NCBI GenBank assembly: GCA_023213395.1
Contig: CM041465.1
Coordinates: forward strand, 142,049,741 to 142,113,740
Source: Cycas panzhihuaensis
Taxonomy: Eukaryota > Plantae > Cycadophyta
Reading direction: 5' to 3'
Length of the DNA: 64,000 nucleotides
Below the pieces are notes generated by a model. It was given only the letters and a program-made list of their open reading frames with translations, was not told the origin of the DNA and made no database searches. The position numbers and the translations under genes were made by a program. Positions 26,923-42,000 of this stretch are shown here, one piece after another (position 1 is the first letter of the stretch; each line of letters starts with the position of its first letter).

Positions 26923-29400
26923 AAGAAGATAAATGAAGTGATGTATCTCATTGTCATGAGATGATGTATTATGCTTTCTAGGCATCATCATAATAATAGT
27001 CCTCTCTAAATGATTAAGGTAATTAACCCTATAAATTTTACTAGTTTTACCTTATGTAATAATGAGGTATGAGTAAAATAAACACCACATGCTTAGACTC
27101 ATAACCTCATGTTATAACTAACCCTAACTATGATGGTAATACCCTTCATTGTACTAACATAATGATCTTCATATTAAACATTAAAAATATGACCTTTAAA
27201 TTAAACATTATATTCTAATACTCATTTGATTGACTGCCTTTGTACCTTGGTTATAAAGTTACTTATTCTCTCATTATTGTTCATCTTATAATTTTTAAAT
27301 TTATTTCTTAGTATTTAAAGTTTTTATGTAATAACTCATTTTATAAGTGGTCTTCAAAGCATTCCATACCTCTTTTGATGTAGCTGCCTCGTTGACTCTT
27401 AGGAAAATGTGATCTTCTAATGTATAAAAGATGAATGGCAAGTTTTCATTGCCTCTCTTTTCATTCTCCTTGAAGATTTTGTTTCCATATACAATGGTGT
27501 TAGGATTAAGTGTACTATATCCATTTTCAATCAAATACCACATGCCTATTGATACAAGAATAGGCTTCATTCTATGATTTCAATTTAAGAAGTTAGTACC
27601 ATCAAACTTAGGTACCATTACATAACTTATGCTAAAATCTATGATAAGGAAATTATCTTAAAATAAAACTACTTTCAAATAATAAAGTTATTTCATGAAA
27701 GAATAAAAATGCACTTAAATAAGGTAAGGAAAGGCACTTAAAATATAAGCTAGATTACCCCCTTTCAACTCTAGGACATGCACAAGTATTCTAACTAGGA
27801 CTCAATCTCTTTTAAAATGAAAAATTATATTAAATTATAATTATAAAATGAAGTTTTGATAACTCTTTTTAAAGGTTAACTCATAGGAAGACCACAAACT
27901 ATCATCAATATTAAGTATAAATTCAATACATCAAATGACTTCAGAAATATTTTTAAAAAATATTCACTTAATAGAAAATTAAAATATGAATCCAATGCTT
28001 TAAACAACACTTGATTCTAACATTCTATAATAAGTTATACTTTAAACAGTATAAGCAGGTCAAATTTAATAAAGAGCCTTCAGTGCATGAATTATAATAA
28101 AATGTTTTAATTAACATTAACTCATTAAATAGACTACCAAACACAAACCCAATACAGGTGTGTGACCATTCATTTTGTTTGGATGAGAATGAAGAATACT
28201 CTGGAGTTAATAGATCTGAAAATGGTCTCCTCATATGGTAGTTATACTTGTTGAAGTAGAATCATGTGCTTAGAATGAAGTAGGCTCCTTCAAAATGTAG
28301 TTAAGCCCCTTTAAAATTTAATGTCTGATCACTTGGCTATTGTATATGACCTTCAACTGCAATCACTAAGACAATCAATTATCAACCTACACATATAATC
28401 TAATTATGGAGCTTTATCTATGTTAAGATGCTACACAAGACCTATGAAACTAACTAATGTCAAATGTAAATCATACATATTAGATGCATAGGTAGAGGCT
28501 TCTCACTTCTTTCAAATACATATATGTAGGTTATAAGATTACCAATAAGAAAACACAAAAAAATACAAACTTTTATTTTGGGCTCCTTAAACATAGATTT
28601 GTCCTTCAATTATGAGAGTGGGAGATAGATGTAATGACTTGATTCAGAGAAATATCCTTCTACTATCTAGATTCTAACTAGAATGGTGCACACTCCTCAT
28701 GATGAAAATAATAGTAGTATTAATTTACTTGGTAATGGTGCTTGAAAGTGACCCTTTCACTTCTAGCTAAAAATACTTTGACTAGCCCTTTTGTATTTGA
28801 TATAATACATGAAAATACTTTGATTGGAGATGACCCCAATGTGATCTTACATAAACTCATGAATGCTTGATTGAAATGATGACTAAACATGTACTTGGAC
28901 ATAGGTATAAGATTTTCAAACACAATGCAAATTAGTATTAACCACACCTAGCTTAAACTAATATCATAATTTAAACAACCATGAAATAAATAGTTGCTTG
29001 GCAAACTATAGATTTGAGATATGAAATAAAATGCAGTTATATTATCTACATGCTTGTGGAGATGGTAATGCAAAATCAAATATTGACCCCCCTCAAATAA
29101 ATGCCATGTTTCATAAGAACATCCAATAAAGAATAATAATTACATAGACACACATAAAGGTTTTGACTTCAATAATGTAAAAAATAATAATTATACTCCA
29201 AACATAAATATGTATACTTGAATCTATGATTGAGGAATCATTTTCTTTACATTTTAATAAGGCTACCTTAATGCTTAATCATAAACAAGATGATTTTTAT
29301 CAAACAAAAGATAGATGTATCAAATGCATTAAGCCAAAGACATATAATGGAAGATATTGACCAAAGATCAAACTCACAATGGACTGTTTCCAAGCATTTC

Positions 29401-29678
29401 ACTTTGATACCAAATGAAGGCTATGAGAGAGCCAAGAAGATGAGGAGCTAGGAGACAAGCCATAAACTACAAAGCAAGAAGAGATAAACAAGATTCTATG
29501 AGGGAGGTGGTGTTTATAAATATTAAGGCCTTTAGACCCCATGTACATATAGGTGAGGTCGAGAGGGTTTGGCACCCTTCTCAATGTTACTACTACCTAA
29601 CATTAATAAATGCCTAATAAGTGAGCTTCCTTAAGATATAGCCTAGGTTATTTCCCTAATGTGGGCATTATCCCAATA
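29401..29678 (-). repeat. PBS and 5' LTR of copia E
   Basis: Minus-strand TGGTATCAAAGT 2 nt after the LTR-terminal CA; the LTR start resembles those at 6768 and 54475. Confidence 0.7.
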
Positions 29679-32514
29679 CCATCTTCTTCTTCATACTTAT
29701 CATTGATCAATATGACCATTAAGACCCCATCATGTACCACTATGGATCCCCTGACATTGCACCCATGCCCCCCATTACCCCATTTCCTTTATCTCTACCC
29801 TCAATAGGTAGGGCCTTATCTACATATGACTCTCATGAAATCCCATCATAGGGTTTTAGAACAAATTAGTCTAATGATGAAGAGGACACATCCAACATAT
29901 AGATCCTTTAGCATATAAGCCCTCTTGGACCTCCTTGGCAAAACCTTGATGTCCACTAGTTTATCATTATTAAGTCTATATCTAATATTATAAAACTCTC
30001 ATTAGGTTGAATAGTAGGGAAATGGTCAAAGAACCATGATTAGAGCACTAAACAATAGGTAAATCCTTGGCTTCCCTCAACCTAGATTGCACCTAAAAGG
30101 TAGTGAATATTTACCATGATAAGAGAAGCCTAATTAAATTATTCTCCAACATTACACTAGGGCACAATGTGCCTTAGCCACTGGGAATCATAGCATAACT
30201 ATGTTAATGGTATACTATAAACATGGGGGTTTCTATAATTCGTTTCTATACTAATAGAATATTAACTACATCCAAATGATTTACTATTAAGATACCCTTA
30301 TACCACTAAGCCCCCCCACCCCTCTAAAGAAAGTGATAACAAGTCCTTAAGGAAGTTGTTTATAATCCATAGTGTCTAAAATAAAGGGAGTAGGGTAGGG
30401 AGGTATCAGGGATTCCTAAAATCCTACAAACATTTGGTATAGTGATCCATAGATCTCTATATAGAGGGAGGGTGAATACCTATCATTGATGATCCCAATC
30501 ATTAATAAGGTTAACTAGAAATGTATAATTAAAATTATACAGCCTCAACCTATAAATATAATAAAGGCCACATCTCTTCAAGGTGGCTTAGGTCCTATCA
30601 TTCATCCTATTAATGAGATGGAGTATATCAACTCCCATGAATTCCCTATTAGTAATGTAAATAACCTCCTCTACATGTAAAAAATAGAGTGTTGTTGGCA
30701 ATCACAAAGAGGACAAAGTACTAAGACAAAGTAAATACTATTTAAGAAAACCAAAAAATCTTCAAAAAAACCTAATTTTTTTATGCACCATTTTAATTTT
30801 CTCTATTGTTTTTAAATTTAAAATGGCACATTCGTATACCATTTTGAAAATTAGAATGGTATAAAAATGTATCATTTCAATAATCAAAATGGCACATAAA
30901 TATTTTATTTTAAAAAATAAAATGGTATATTTTGTATCGCTATGAAATTTAAAATAATATAGAATGTACAATTATGAAACAAAATGGTATAGACAAATTG
31001 AATGATATGTACTATCCTAATCTATGCATACCAAAGAAAAGGAGGAAAAAATCAATAAAATTTGGTAAATTTTAAAATTATGATTAGACAAAATTTTATG
31101 TGGGAGCATTTTCACTAGGTTTATAGAAAATAGCACCCTAAGTCAATGTCATTTTTCCAAAACATCTATTTTTAAGGAAACCTTAAAATTGAGGATTTTA
31201 GCTAAAAATTGGAAAGAGATAATAAATTTTTAATGAAAACCTACTTGATTTAGTCCCTTGGTGGCCATCATTAAGTCACGATCTTATTGGAACTTACTAT
31301 ATGAAAAACCATTGCTTTGAGTTCTTGCAATCAACTCCTAATTACCAACACCTTGTAAATGGGTAATAACCTAAATCTAATAAACTAGCTCACAAAAATA
31401 AATTAGAATTTTGAAGAATATAAATTTAAAATAAATTTCTTTAAGCCCCCTATGGACCATAATTCATTAAAAAACCCTCACGTTTCTTATGATTAAACTA
31501 TTGCCATGTGTAGCATGGAATTTAGAATCTCTAAATGATCAAATGAACCTAGTTTAAAGCTATTTTGAAACGTAATAAATTTGAGCTCGTTGCTCAAAAT
31601 ATATACTGCTCATATATGCTTTCTCTTGGAACTACCTTATAACTTTCCCTTGTATGTATCCAAAAGTAACTATTTCGAGCAATAAGCTCAAATTTAGTAA
31701 CTATTTCAGCATATTCCTCTTTGAGAGGTTGAATTTCCACTTGAATTAAGCCCCTTATGGCCTATATTATGATACTTCCCCTAAGAAATATTAATGTCTA
31801 CAGTTAAAAGTCATGGTTTTTAGTGTTAAGCCTACATTGGCCAATCACATATGCTACTCTAACCTAGTGTATATCCTTTAAAGCCCTATATGAGCTCACC
31901 TACTTATAAGTTTATGGCCATTTATATTCCTCCCTAGAGGTTTATTTACCATCCACCTACCATTCATCCATTAAATTTACCAATAATTTAGCACTCTTGA
32001 CTTAATTAATATTTACTAATTATTCTATATGATCCTCATTGTAGTAAATAATAATTTATGGGTTACCTAGGTTACCCTTTTTTCCCCTTCCATGTGCATT
32101 CATTTCTTTACGTTAGGCTCTTAAAAGGACCTTGAGTGAATAAACTAAATATATCTTATGGTTTAGCCTATAGGAACTCATTTTACATGCCTATTAGACC
32201 TCTCCTTCATTAAAAGTATTGTTATAATTTTGAAGGAGTGATGATATATAAACTAGTTGATTGTAACTACATTTTGTAAAGTTAAATACATTTGAGCACC
32301 CACTATGTTATGGTAAGCATCATGTAACTATAGCTAACCTATCAATCAAGGAAAGCATAAGGCCAAATGAAGTACATCTTCTTAAAAATAGGTTAAATGA
32401 CACTTGGTTTACCACAACTCTCATTTGAACCATTATAGAAGTGACACCCTCCTATAAAAGAAAAAGAAAAGTAACAGCATAAAATAACAAGGGGGAAAAA
32501 AAGAGAGAGGAAAG

Positions 32515-32516
<2 letters not shown>

Positions 32517-32577
<61 letters not shown>
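32517..32577. repeat. (AT)n microsatellite, ~30 units
   Basis: Direct reading. Confidence 0.97.
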
Positions 32578-32580
<3 letters not shown>

Positions 32581-33292
32581 ATATTTTAAGAACTTAGAAC
32601 AACTCACATAATAACTTCATCCCTACCTATGATGTATAGTTTGGATTTGGTCCTATGCATTATTCAAGATCTTTAAGTCTAGTTATTTGAATCCATGATG
32701 ACCTTAACTAAGATCAAAATGAATTCAACGCTCGGAGGTTAAATAAATAAGATTTAAAAGTCTAATTAAAATGATAAAATCCATCCATAGATATAACCCA
32801 TTAAAAGAAGTCTTAGTCAAAGTTAAGTCCACATCTCTAAATCTTAGTTCTAATAGTCAATTCATCTACCATTCTCATGTTCATCAAATTATCTATGAGA
32901 AACCACTACATTCCTTTATAGCATTGATAATTCATACTAACTAGCTAAGATGTGGAAATTCAAGACCTTCTATTACTTCCTTGATCATTAGAGATCATAT
33001 TGCTTATATTCTAATAAGCATTAGACTTTTTATCTTAGTAATGATTAACAATATAGTTGAATATACCATAGTCATAGAGACTTTGACCAATGCACTATAA
33101 GTTTATTATGGTCTTATTTTACTATTTTTTTTATTTACAATTAGTTTCTTATTAGCTCATGGAAGTATATTAAGCCTTTCATCCTCAACTTCATGCCCTT
33201 ACTAACACAACTAGGTCCCTACTAATTTAATTTTCTTTGGTCTCTATACAACACATATCTTGAGAGTAAGACACAAGATTCAATCAATTAGT

Positions 33293-33317
33293 TATATATA
33301 TATATATATATATATAT
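33293..33317. repeat. (TA)n microsatellite
   Basis: Direct reading. Confidence 0.95.
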
Positions 33318-35165
33318 GAGGTCCTTATAATAGATCCTTTGTCCTGTGGCTTTTGAGTCCATTGTAGAGTTTAGGCTTTTAATTGATTCTTTATTATTTA
33401 GACCTCCAAAGAAATAAATTAGTAATGAGGTTAAATTATAGTGGTCAATCCTCTAAAATCCTTATTACTAATATGGATAAAACCATGGCAACCCTCCCAA
33501 TATAGACAATCAATTTTTTATGGCTTCTAAACCTATTATAGAGTTTAGGCTTCTAAGTCATTCTCTAACACTTACCTTTAAAACATAACCACTAAATAAG
33601 TTAAACAATAGTGGCCTATTCTTTGATGTTTTGACTTACAAGGCTAAATTAAGGGTGACATTCTTTGAATTTTTACTGATGAGGTTAAACTATGATAATT
33701 ATCCTTCTGAAATACTTTTGAATGAAATTAAACTAAAGATGATATTCTTTAAGCCTTTACTAATGATCCTAAACTACAATAATATCTATATTTCATCTTA
33801 TTATAGAATTTGAGCTTCTAATCCATTCTTCATTCATGCCTTTCCTTAATTCATGCTTTAGAGTAAATATACTATAGGATAATATTATTAGCATTCCCTA
33901 TCTTATGACACAAGTCTGAGGAGTTCCTATAGGTAAGGAGGTAAATATTTCCCATAATTTAGGATTCTAGCTTTCAATAATCATTATACACATAACTCAT
34001 ATACATGCTTGATATCATGGTTTCTATTTTTATTTCATACTCATGTGAATATATAAACTAATGTTTGCCTATTGTGCAATGATGTGCACATGTATCTATA
34101 GCCTATGATGATAAATAACTTTAGTGGTATAATAAAATCCATACATCTAGGATCGATTTCATGAAAATGAATCCCCATTATGTCATAGACCCTCTTTGGC
34201 ATCACTTTCTCCTTTGTTTGACCTTTTGTTTTTATAAAAATGTTTACCTTTTTGATGTCTTACTCATACCATTGTGCAATCCTAAAATGTTTCATTTTTC
34301 ATAATGGTACATCATGTATTATTATAAAAAAGACAATGTTATATGATGATTCATTCTTAAAAGTGAAAATTAATAATAGTATAATATAACTTTATAATTG
34401 TATATGGCCCTTATTTTATAACAGTACAGATATAGAAAATAATGGTACATTATGTGTTTTTACAAAAGATATAATAATATGTAAAGCTTTATTATAAAAA
34501 ATAAAATAATATATTTGTATACCATTCCAAAATTATGCCCACATCAAATTTAACAAATTTTGTATATTCAACCATGCATTCTTCCATCAAATCAATTACA
34601 TTTTCTCATGGAAGGGATACAAAGTTAATACTCCACATTAGAAGCACCCCTCTTCCACCACATTTAGATCAAAACAACATGTTTTCCACCCATTGAATTC
34701 TTCCAAAGTATTTTCCTCCTATGCATAGAGGGAAATAGATTTAATTCTTCACCTTCCAACTTTAATAGGATGGGTGAAAACCATTTAGTTTTTACCCATA
34801 CTTTTTTCAAAATAATGGGCCCCTTTTCCACCCAATAAGTTATATAAATTGAGAACACATTTTAAGTGGCATGGGAGGGAAATAAAACAATAAATTGTTA
34901 TTGAGTTTTTTATTGATTTCATGCAATTATTTGAAACTTATTAATATTTTTTTGTGATAAGCTTTAGAGGAGTATGGAGTGCATATTCTATATAGAAATA
35001 ACTAGAAGCTTGTAACATTAAGATAGTGATCTAATAACCAAATGTAAATTTATGGTAGAAAACCCACTTAGGACACACAACTTTGACTATTATCTTTATT
35101 TTCTTTTTTATCTCTTTTATTTGTCAATCTAGTAGTTGATTCATGCTTATTTGTCACCTTACTTT

Positions 35166-37850
35166 TACTAAGATTGTATGATTTGATATCATGGATGCAT
35201 AATACCAAAAATATCAAGATTATACTAACCATTTATGTGACAAAATAAATAAAATATATACCAAAATATAAAGCAACCTTTTTGGGATAAATCATCATTT
35301 CTAATCTGTATTATGAAAAATCAATATATATTTATAATGCATGCCACCTTATGGCTATCCAATCATATGCCAAAAACTCCTAGTCATCCTATGATTATTA
35401 CATTATGAAGCATACATGCCATGACTCCATAACATATATTAAAAGGATGCACACTAATCTCCTAACCCAAGATTAAATATTAGCTAGCATTTCCCCCTTT
35501 AGTATCTAGTATATATCACATATGTTGCTTAAGAAATTACATTTTATCTTTATAAAGAACCAAATATCTACTAGTGCATATGCACAATCAATCATTTTAT
35601 TCACTAGTACTCTAAAATGACCTTCACATATATGGTTCTCCAATATTTATCTACAAAATAATTTTTACATACTCCTATCCTATTTGTTTTTGGTTTCCCC
35701 TACTTGAAGCTAGACTTTAAGGAGAAAATTGAGCTAAAATCCCATAACCCATTCACAAAACTAGAGAGAAAACTTGTATAAATAGTTATTTAAGCAAATA
35801 CATATGACAAAAAATCTCTTTGTTTAGGTACAGGTTTCAATTTCAACTCAAAAAGCACCTTGTCAAACCATTACTAGAAATTTAAGCCTTAAAAACTACC
35901 ATGAAAAATATTTAGAGCATATTGTATGACCACTTATTATAAAGCTACACAAGTTAGCTCTCCAGTACAACTAATAGAATAGAATTCTAACATCATATGA
36001 TGAAGATATCAATATTTAAATGAGCACATGTATCTTGAAAATGAAAACAAGGTGAATAATAAAAATAAAGCCCTTTTGGCATTAGCCTATGGTCACTTTA
36101 AACAACCCATGTGACCTCTTTAAGTGGCTAGCATAATTAACACATTATTAGAATGCAATTAAATATTTGATTAACATTATAACATTGTAAAAAGTATTTT
36201 TTAGCACTACATCAACTTCCATTTGAATGTCACAATCTGCACAGTCCACATGAGGTATTTTCAATGCCATGATTATTTATAATTGAATATAAGAGTTCTC
36301 AATGATTTGTAAAGTAGATCTACCCTCTAAAATTCAATAATTAGCTTAAGAGATGGATCAAAGATGCTTAACATTAAGAAATAGATCATTGCATGGTAGG
36401 CAATAACCTTTAATCTACCCAGCATTATGACATAACTACCTACCCATTAGACAAACTACTAAACTTTCCAAATCAATACATAAATGCAACCTCAATGTAG
36501 GATTATATTATTGTCACAAATCTTTAGACTCATACAAAAATAATAGGGAACAAGCAGAGAAGTATAAAACAAAGTTATTTCGATGATTTAAGACTATCTT
36601 TTTACTCAATGTGTTGACCATTTTTATATACTATTCAACATGCCAACATAGATCACCAATAGATCTATAATTTCTTCAACAAATCTACATCATGAAACAC
36701 CATTGTAACCTCCTCCTCTCCTACTCTAAATTAGAAATGTAGGAGTACTCATCATTAATAATTAATTATATAGTATCACAAGAACGATAAACTATTAAAT
36801 TAGTGACTTGCTAATAGGCATGGCCCAATGTTGAATCCCTCTTAAACTCAATTTCCTTGATGCACATAAATTTGGTTGAATTAAGTAGAATAGTTTCATA
36901 CAATAATTAACAAGCTCTGCCACCATTAAATAACCCTTAAAAACTAGTGTGTTCCTTTATTGAATTGAATTATCTATTTTACTAAAAATATGCCATAAAC
37001 CCTCACCGACATAGGATCCTCATCGCACGATAGAAGGTACAACATAAGTGGTTCTTCATACCACCTCAATGACATTAACATGGTGATCAAGCCTGCTTTA
37101 GAAGCCTTATTCTCAAACACTCAATAAAACCTACATACACACTCGATAAACATGCATATAAGTAGCCCAAAAATGAATTAAAATAGTGGAAAACCTCTAT
37201 AGGATTTGAATAACCACAACACCTATGTTTTGATAGGATTTATTTTAATGTTCAAGTACCAAAATTCTATAAATACATGAAATAACATATTTTGGGGAGC
37301 CTTACAAGCATGCTTTAGACACATGCATTAACATGCTTTAGGTACCCTGTAAAATGTAGTTCAAGAACCTTTCCACCAACCTACAATGGACTTTACCTTA
37401 TACACAAGATAACCCCTCTCACTAGTCATAAAAGGCATACCTAAAATAAGTTTTGATTAAATACATACATGTGTATACACTTATAGTCTTATAATCTCTC
37501 TAGGATCAAACAGCATCTCTGATACCATGTTAAAATTACATAATTTCATATCACAGATGAACAATCCCAAACATGTCAAGACTATACTAACTACATGTGT
37601 GATAAAATAAATAAAACATGTGATAAAATATAATATAATCTTTTAGGAGAAATGATTATCTTGAATTTGTATTATAAAAAATCAATACATATTTATAACA
37701 CATGCCATCTTACAATGGTCCAATGGTATGCCAGAGCCTCATAATCATCCTATGACTATTATATTAAGAAGTGTGTATGTTGCGACCCCATAACACACAT
37801 TAAAGGGGAAATAACTAATATCCTAGTCTAAGATTATATATTATGTAGTA
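35166..37850 (-). mobile_element. Non-autonomous LTR element F (TRIM/LARD-like, ~325 bp LTRs, ~2 kb internal region without gag-pol)
   Basis: LTR pair 35166-35489 and 37528-37850; PBS (plus-strand CTCTGATACCA, 37517-37527); PPT (plus-strand TTTCCCCCTT, 35490-35499); degenerate TSD ACTTT/ATTTC. Confidence 0.85.
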
Positions 37851-38611
37851 ATTTCTATTCATCTTTCACCTATTTTCATTATTTCTTTTATCCAAAAGGG
37901 ACTAATCCATGATTGGGGGAGGATTTGAAGTTACTTAGACTCAATTGGGATGATAAAAAATCATAACTTAAACCTTCAATATATTTCATATCATATTTGA
38001 TACTTAGAAATTATACTTTCTTAGATTAAAAGTAAATATTATTTCTATATATTACCTTATTGAGTTGATATCATAGGTGGTAGAATGATCAAAGGGTTCG
38101 CATTACAACTAGTGAAGGAGGAGGACATTTGAACTTTAATTTATTTTCTTTTTTATATCGACTACCTATTGGACAGGGGAAGTGATATGCAAATCATATG
38201 AGGTATGCTCCTATACTTCCTTTTCCAAAGTTAGTTTTAGATGTTAATTTTGGTATTTTTGTAAGTTACAATAAACCCTTTCTATTATAAGTTGATTTGG
38301 TAAGTGAAAATAATACCAAGTTTTTCTTAGATTTCTCTAATACCTAATGGGTTAAATTTGAGTGTTGTTTTATCCCACATGATGAAAAGTGAGCAATAAA
38401 AAAAGCAAATTTATATAAATTAGAGCATTTTCAATCAAGTACAATTACACCTCTCTTTTTGTTAATTTTAATATATAAAGTCATAAAAAAGGGGGGGAGT
38501 AGAGAAAGGAAGTTTAAAATCTTATATCTACTTGAAAATGTATTTGCTCTTCATCCTTATTAAAATTTTTACACAATCTATCATATGATGCCTCTTCAAT
38601 ACCTTTAACTT

Positions 38612-39045
38612 AGCTCTAATACCAAGTTAAAATTTAATAATGACTTAAGTTATTATACTAAGAAGGAAGCTCTAATAAACATTGATGTATTTAATTATAT
38701 TTAGAAGTATCAATGCTTACATAATCATTCAATATTATAAAGGATAATAAAGGTTATAACAGGGTCAAACATACAACTATAAGCATGACATAATATTTAA
38801 TGTGAAAATCCCTTGATGGAAAACGATCATGATAGAAGGGTAGAGTTTAACTCTCTCTCATTATCTCAAATATGTTTTTGATATGTGTATATATTTATAA
38901 ATCCATCACTTCATGTATATCTAATAAGATATAAGAATCTCATCAAGTAATGATTTTATATCAATATATCATCTACTTGGAGTATATGTGAGAATATTTA
39001 TATAGACCAATCACAATTTATCACTAATTAAACAATACATCAACT
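38612..39045 (-). mobile_element. PBS plus probable 5' LTR of another decayed LTR element
   Basis: Plus-strand GCTCTAATACCA (reverse Met-PBS) followed by LTR-like sequence; right boundary uncertain. Confidence 0.4.
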
Positions 39046-42000
39046 TTTATAAAATTCAATATTTTAATAGCCCTTTTCCCCTTTTATTTTAAAAAGGAAA
39101 AGGAAATAAACACTTACTTTTTATGTTTCTCATGTTACATGTTTGCATACACTTATTTCTTCCCTTTTCTATTTAATTAAGTAGAGAGAGAGAGAGAGAG
39201 CAAGAATACATCCTATTGATAGAGAGTTATGCTTATTTATAAACGATAAGCATGAAAGGGATTTGCTTACATTGTTATAAATCCCCAAACCTATGAGCGA
39301 GAGGCAATATATTAGTTAGGTATTTTTGTTATATATATGAAAAGAAATTTACACTTTAACTATATCTTAAGAGTGTGTTGTTTTATCTCTAATTTTATTC
39401 AAAATATGATATTGCCCAACTAAAAGTAGGGTTAGCTACATAAGTTAGATTTCATCACCAACTAATACTCTAGTCTTACACCTAAGGCACAAGTTATGTC
39501 CAGTCATATTCTAAGTAGGATTATGTTGGTAAATCACCCTGACTACATGTAATCAAGATAGTTGAAGAAGTATCATATGCTCTATTTAGAGTGGTTTCTT
39601 CTCACCTATATTCTCCCTTAGGTGTATTAGATTGTGTGGAGTTAGATGCAAGTAGTGTCTTATCCCCCACATATGCTTAGAGTGGGGTTAGTACTCCAAG
39701 TTTTCATGTGTTTGACTATTGAATTAGAGTCTATAATTTCAAGGTCCTACTTCACATAGCCACTTCCTCTCAATAATCCCCTTCTTGCTCTTTAGTTTTG
39801 ATATATATATATATATTAGGTGGGATTAATAAATGTCCTTACCTTTTGTGGAATAGATCATAGAGTAGAATTATAGGATTGTAAAAACATCATGGCAAAG
39901 TACCTCTGATGGCCCTCCTAACTTCTAAGAGCTTCTCGCATCTTTAATGCCTCTCTTAAAAGGAGCTTCTTAGCTAGTTTTTTGCTTGATATGCATGCTA
40001 TGATTAACTTAAATTTGATCTTATTTCTTGATTCTATCATTTATAAATAGTTAGTCTCATTTACTTTCAACACTTCTTTAGTTATCACACCATATCTATC
40101 TTTTATATGACCTTCACACCTAGATCTACAACTTCTAAGCAAGGGTACCAACTTATATGATATGGTAATAAACTAACTGAAAAAATCAAATGCATGTAAG
40201 ATGGTTATGCAATGGATGTGAATGGCCCCTAGTTTAAATACGAAATGAATCTAAACTATTTGAAGAAGGGGGATTGAGAACTAAATTTATTGAAAAGTAA
40301 TATAACTTTAATGGAATATGAATTGGTTTAGTTTTTATGAGATAAGAAATCGATTGTGTGAGTTTTTTGGATCACAAATCTAACTATAATATTAAAAGGA
40401 TCTCATTCCTTTTTTGTTTAGTGCAAGGGGAGGGGGAGGTGGGGAGGTGTATGGAAGCATCCTAAGATTAGTTCCAATATTTACATGGAGCTTAGAGATC
40501 CTAAGGCCCATAGTAATAGAGGGAGATAAAGTCTCATTAGGAGGAAGTCCTTACAATCTTCTAGATCATCTACTAGTTTGAAATATTTGGTAGTTCATAG
40601 CTAAATGAATGTTTTCTTAGTTTGCATACCCAAGTGTCACTCTGCAGAAAAAAAAAAAAAAGTTAGTTTTCAATAAAAGAATAGGTAGGCCTAATAAGTC
40701 CTTAGCATGTTCTCTAGAGATGTTCACTCATAAAGGGCATGTCCTCACATGGCTACTAGGAGAGCCCTAGGAAACTAAACAATTTGAGTAATCCATTAGA
40801 AGGAAGATATACTATGTATATGAGGATATTGGGGGGGTGATTATGCTTTAATTCAATCTCTAAATTAAAAATCTCCCACTTGTTAACCCATGAACATAGG
40901 TTATATAAGTGAGCTAATGATCTATGGGTGTGAAAATAAGCATTTGAATTAGGCTCTAATTTAATAAAGAAATGAAAAACAATGAAGTACTATATAATTA
41001 TAACTATAAAGAAAGTAATGAGAAAGCATCATAACCTATAACTCATGACTCCTAATTATATGACTCAGAAGTGTGGACTAACTTGAGGTGGATGTGAAGG
41101 AACTAGACTATGGGAGTGGCCTAGTCTAATAGTAAGTTGTTGGGGACTAATGTTAAAGGAGTTTACACCTCCATAAACTACCTACATGTAACCCACTTAA
41201 TAATTACCTCAAGAAAAAATTAGAAATCATCTTCCCCCAAGACACAAGGCAGTGTGCTTACTTTTTAAATTGCACATGATTAGTAGAGAGTAGCCCATAT
41301 CTCGAATGAATGACAAAGAGTAGCCCATTTTGGTTGTTTGGGAATCAGTTTAGGTTAATTACCTCTCAATAACTTTGTGTTTCTTTTGTTGCTATTAAAT
41401 ATCGAGAGATATGTCAACATATAAGAGCCCTAGAACAAATTTTGTCCAACTCCTAAGAAGGAGTCTCTACTTGGCTGTATTATATGGTTGGAAATGATGA
41501 AGGGAAAAAGGCTAGGAAATGTGAATGGCACTTGATGAAGGAATATACTAGCCTACATAATTAAGCAGAGGAGATCTAAGTTCAGAGCTATACTAATAAT
41601 GTTTTTGTTTTATTTTATTATTTTTATTATTCCTTCCCTTATATTTTTTAACATTTTAAGTTTAATCAATTAAAGGAAATACTAAAACAAATAACAATCT
41701 AATCATACACTTATAAAAGTAATAAAAAATATTAATAAATTTAAGGAAAAATCACTCTTCAAATCAAACAAAGAAAGAAGAAATCACACGTACTTTTTGT
41801 TTGTTTCTTTTTTTATATAAAGAAAATCTTACCAATAAATAAAAGAAACTATTTTAAAATCTTTAAAAAGATATAAGAAGAAAATTTTTAAATAAAATCT
41901 TTCATACATACCCAAAAGATGAAGGTTGAGGTGGCATTAAGCTTCTTCTAGACTTCTTCTTCTTCTTGCATGTATGATCTTTGATGAGCCTTATAATTTT

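Larger units (their letters stand above)
25261..27220 (-). mobile_element. Non-autonomous LTR element D (same LTR family as C), inserted in the gag of E; 5' LTR partly deleted
   Basis: LTR ~25265-25614 and partial LTR ~27054-27220 are reverse complements of the element C LTR; PPT at 25615-25624; host gag VNQMR|ALGEV rejoins across the insertion. Confidence 0.8.
22008..27630 (-). pseudogene. copia gag-pol, degenerate (element E)
   Basis: ORFs 27301-27570 (gag) and 23304-23579 (post-integrase KSTKCMLIRYS); RT QMDVKSVFLNGYV at ~22710-22745. Confidence 0.9.
22008..29678 (-). mobile_element. Ty1/copia retrotransposon E (same family as A), 3'-truncated in RNase H, interrupted by element D
   Basis: 5' LTR 29415-29678 (starts TATTGGGATAAT on minus), PBS 29401-29412, ~1.8 kb leader, gag from ~27630, then protease, IN, RT and RNase H (LIGYTNLN*AG...KSTPGY) down to ~22008. 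Confidence 0.85.
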
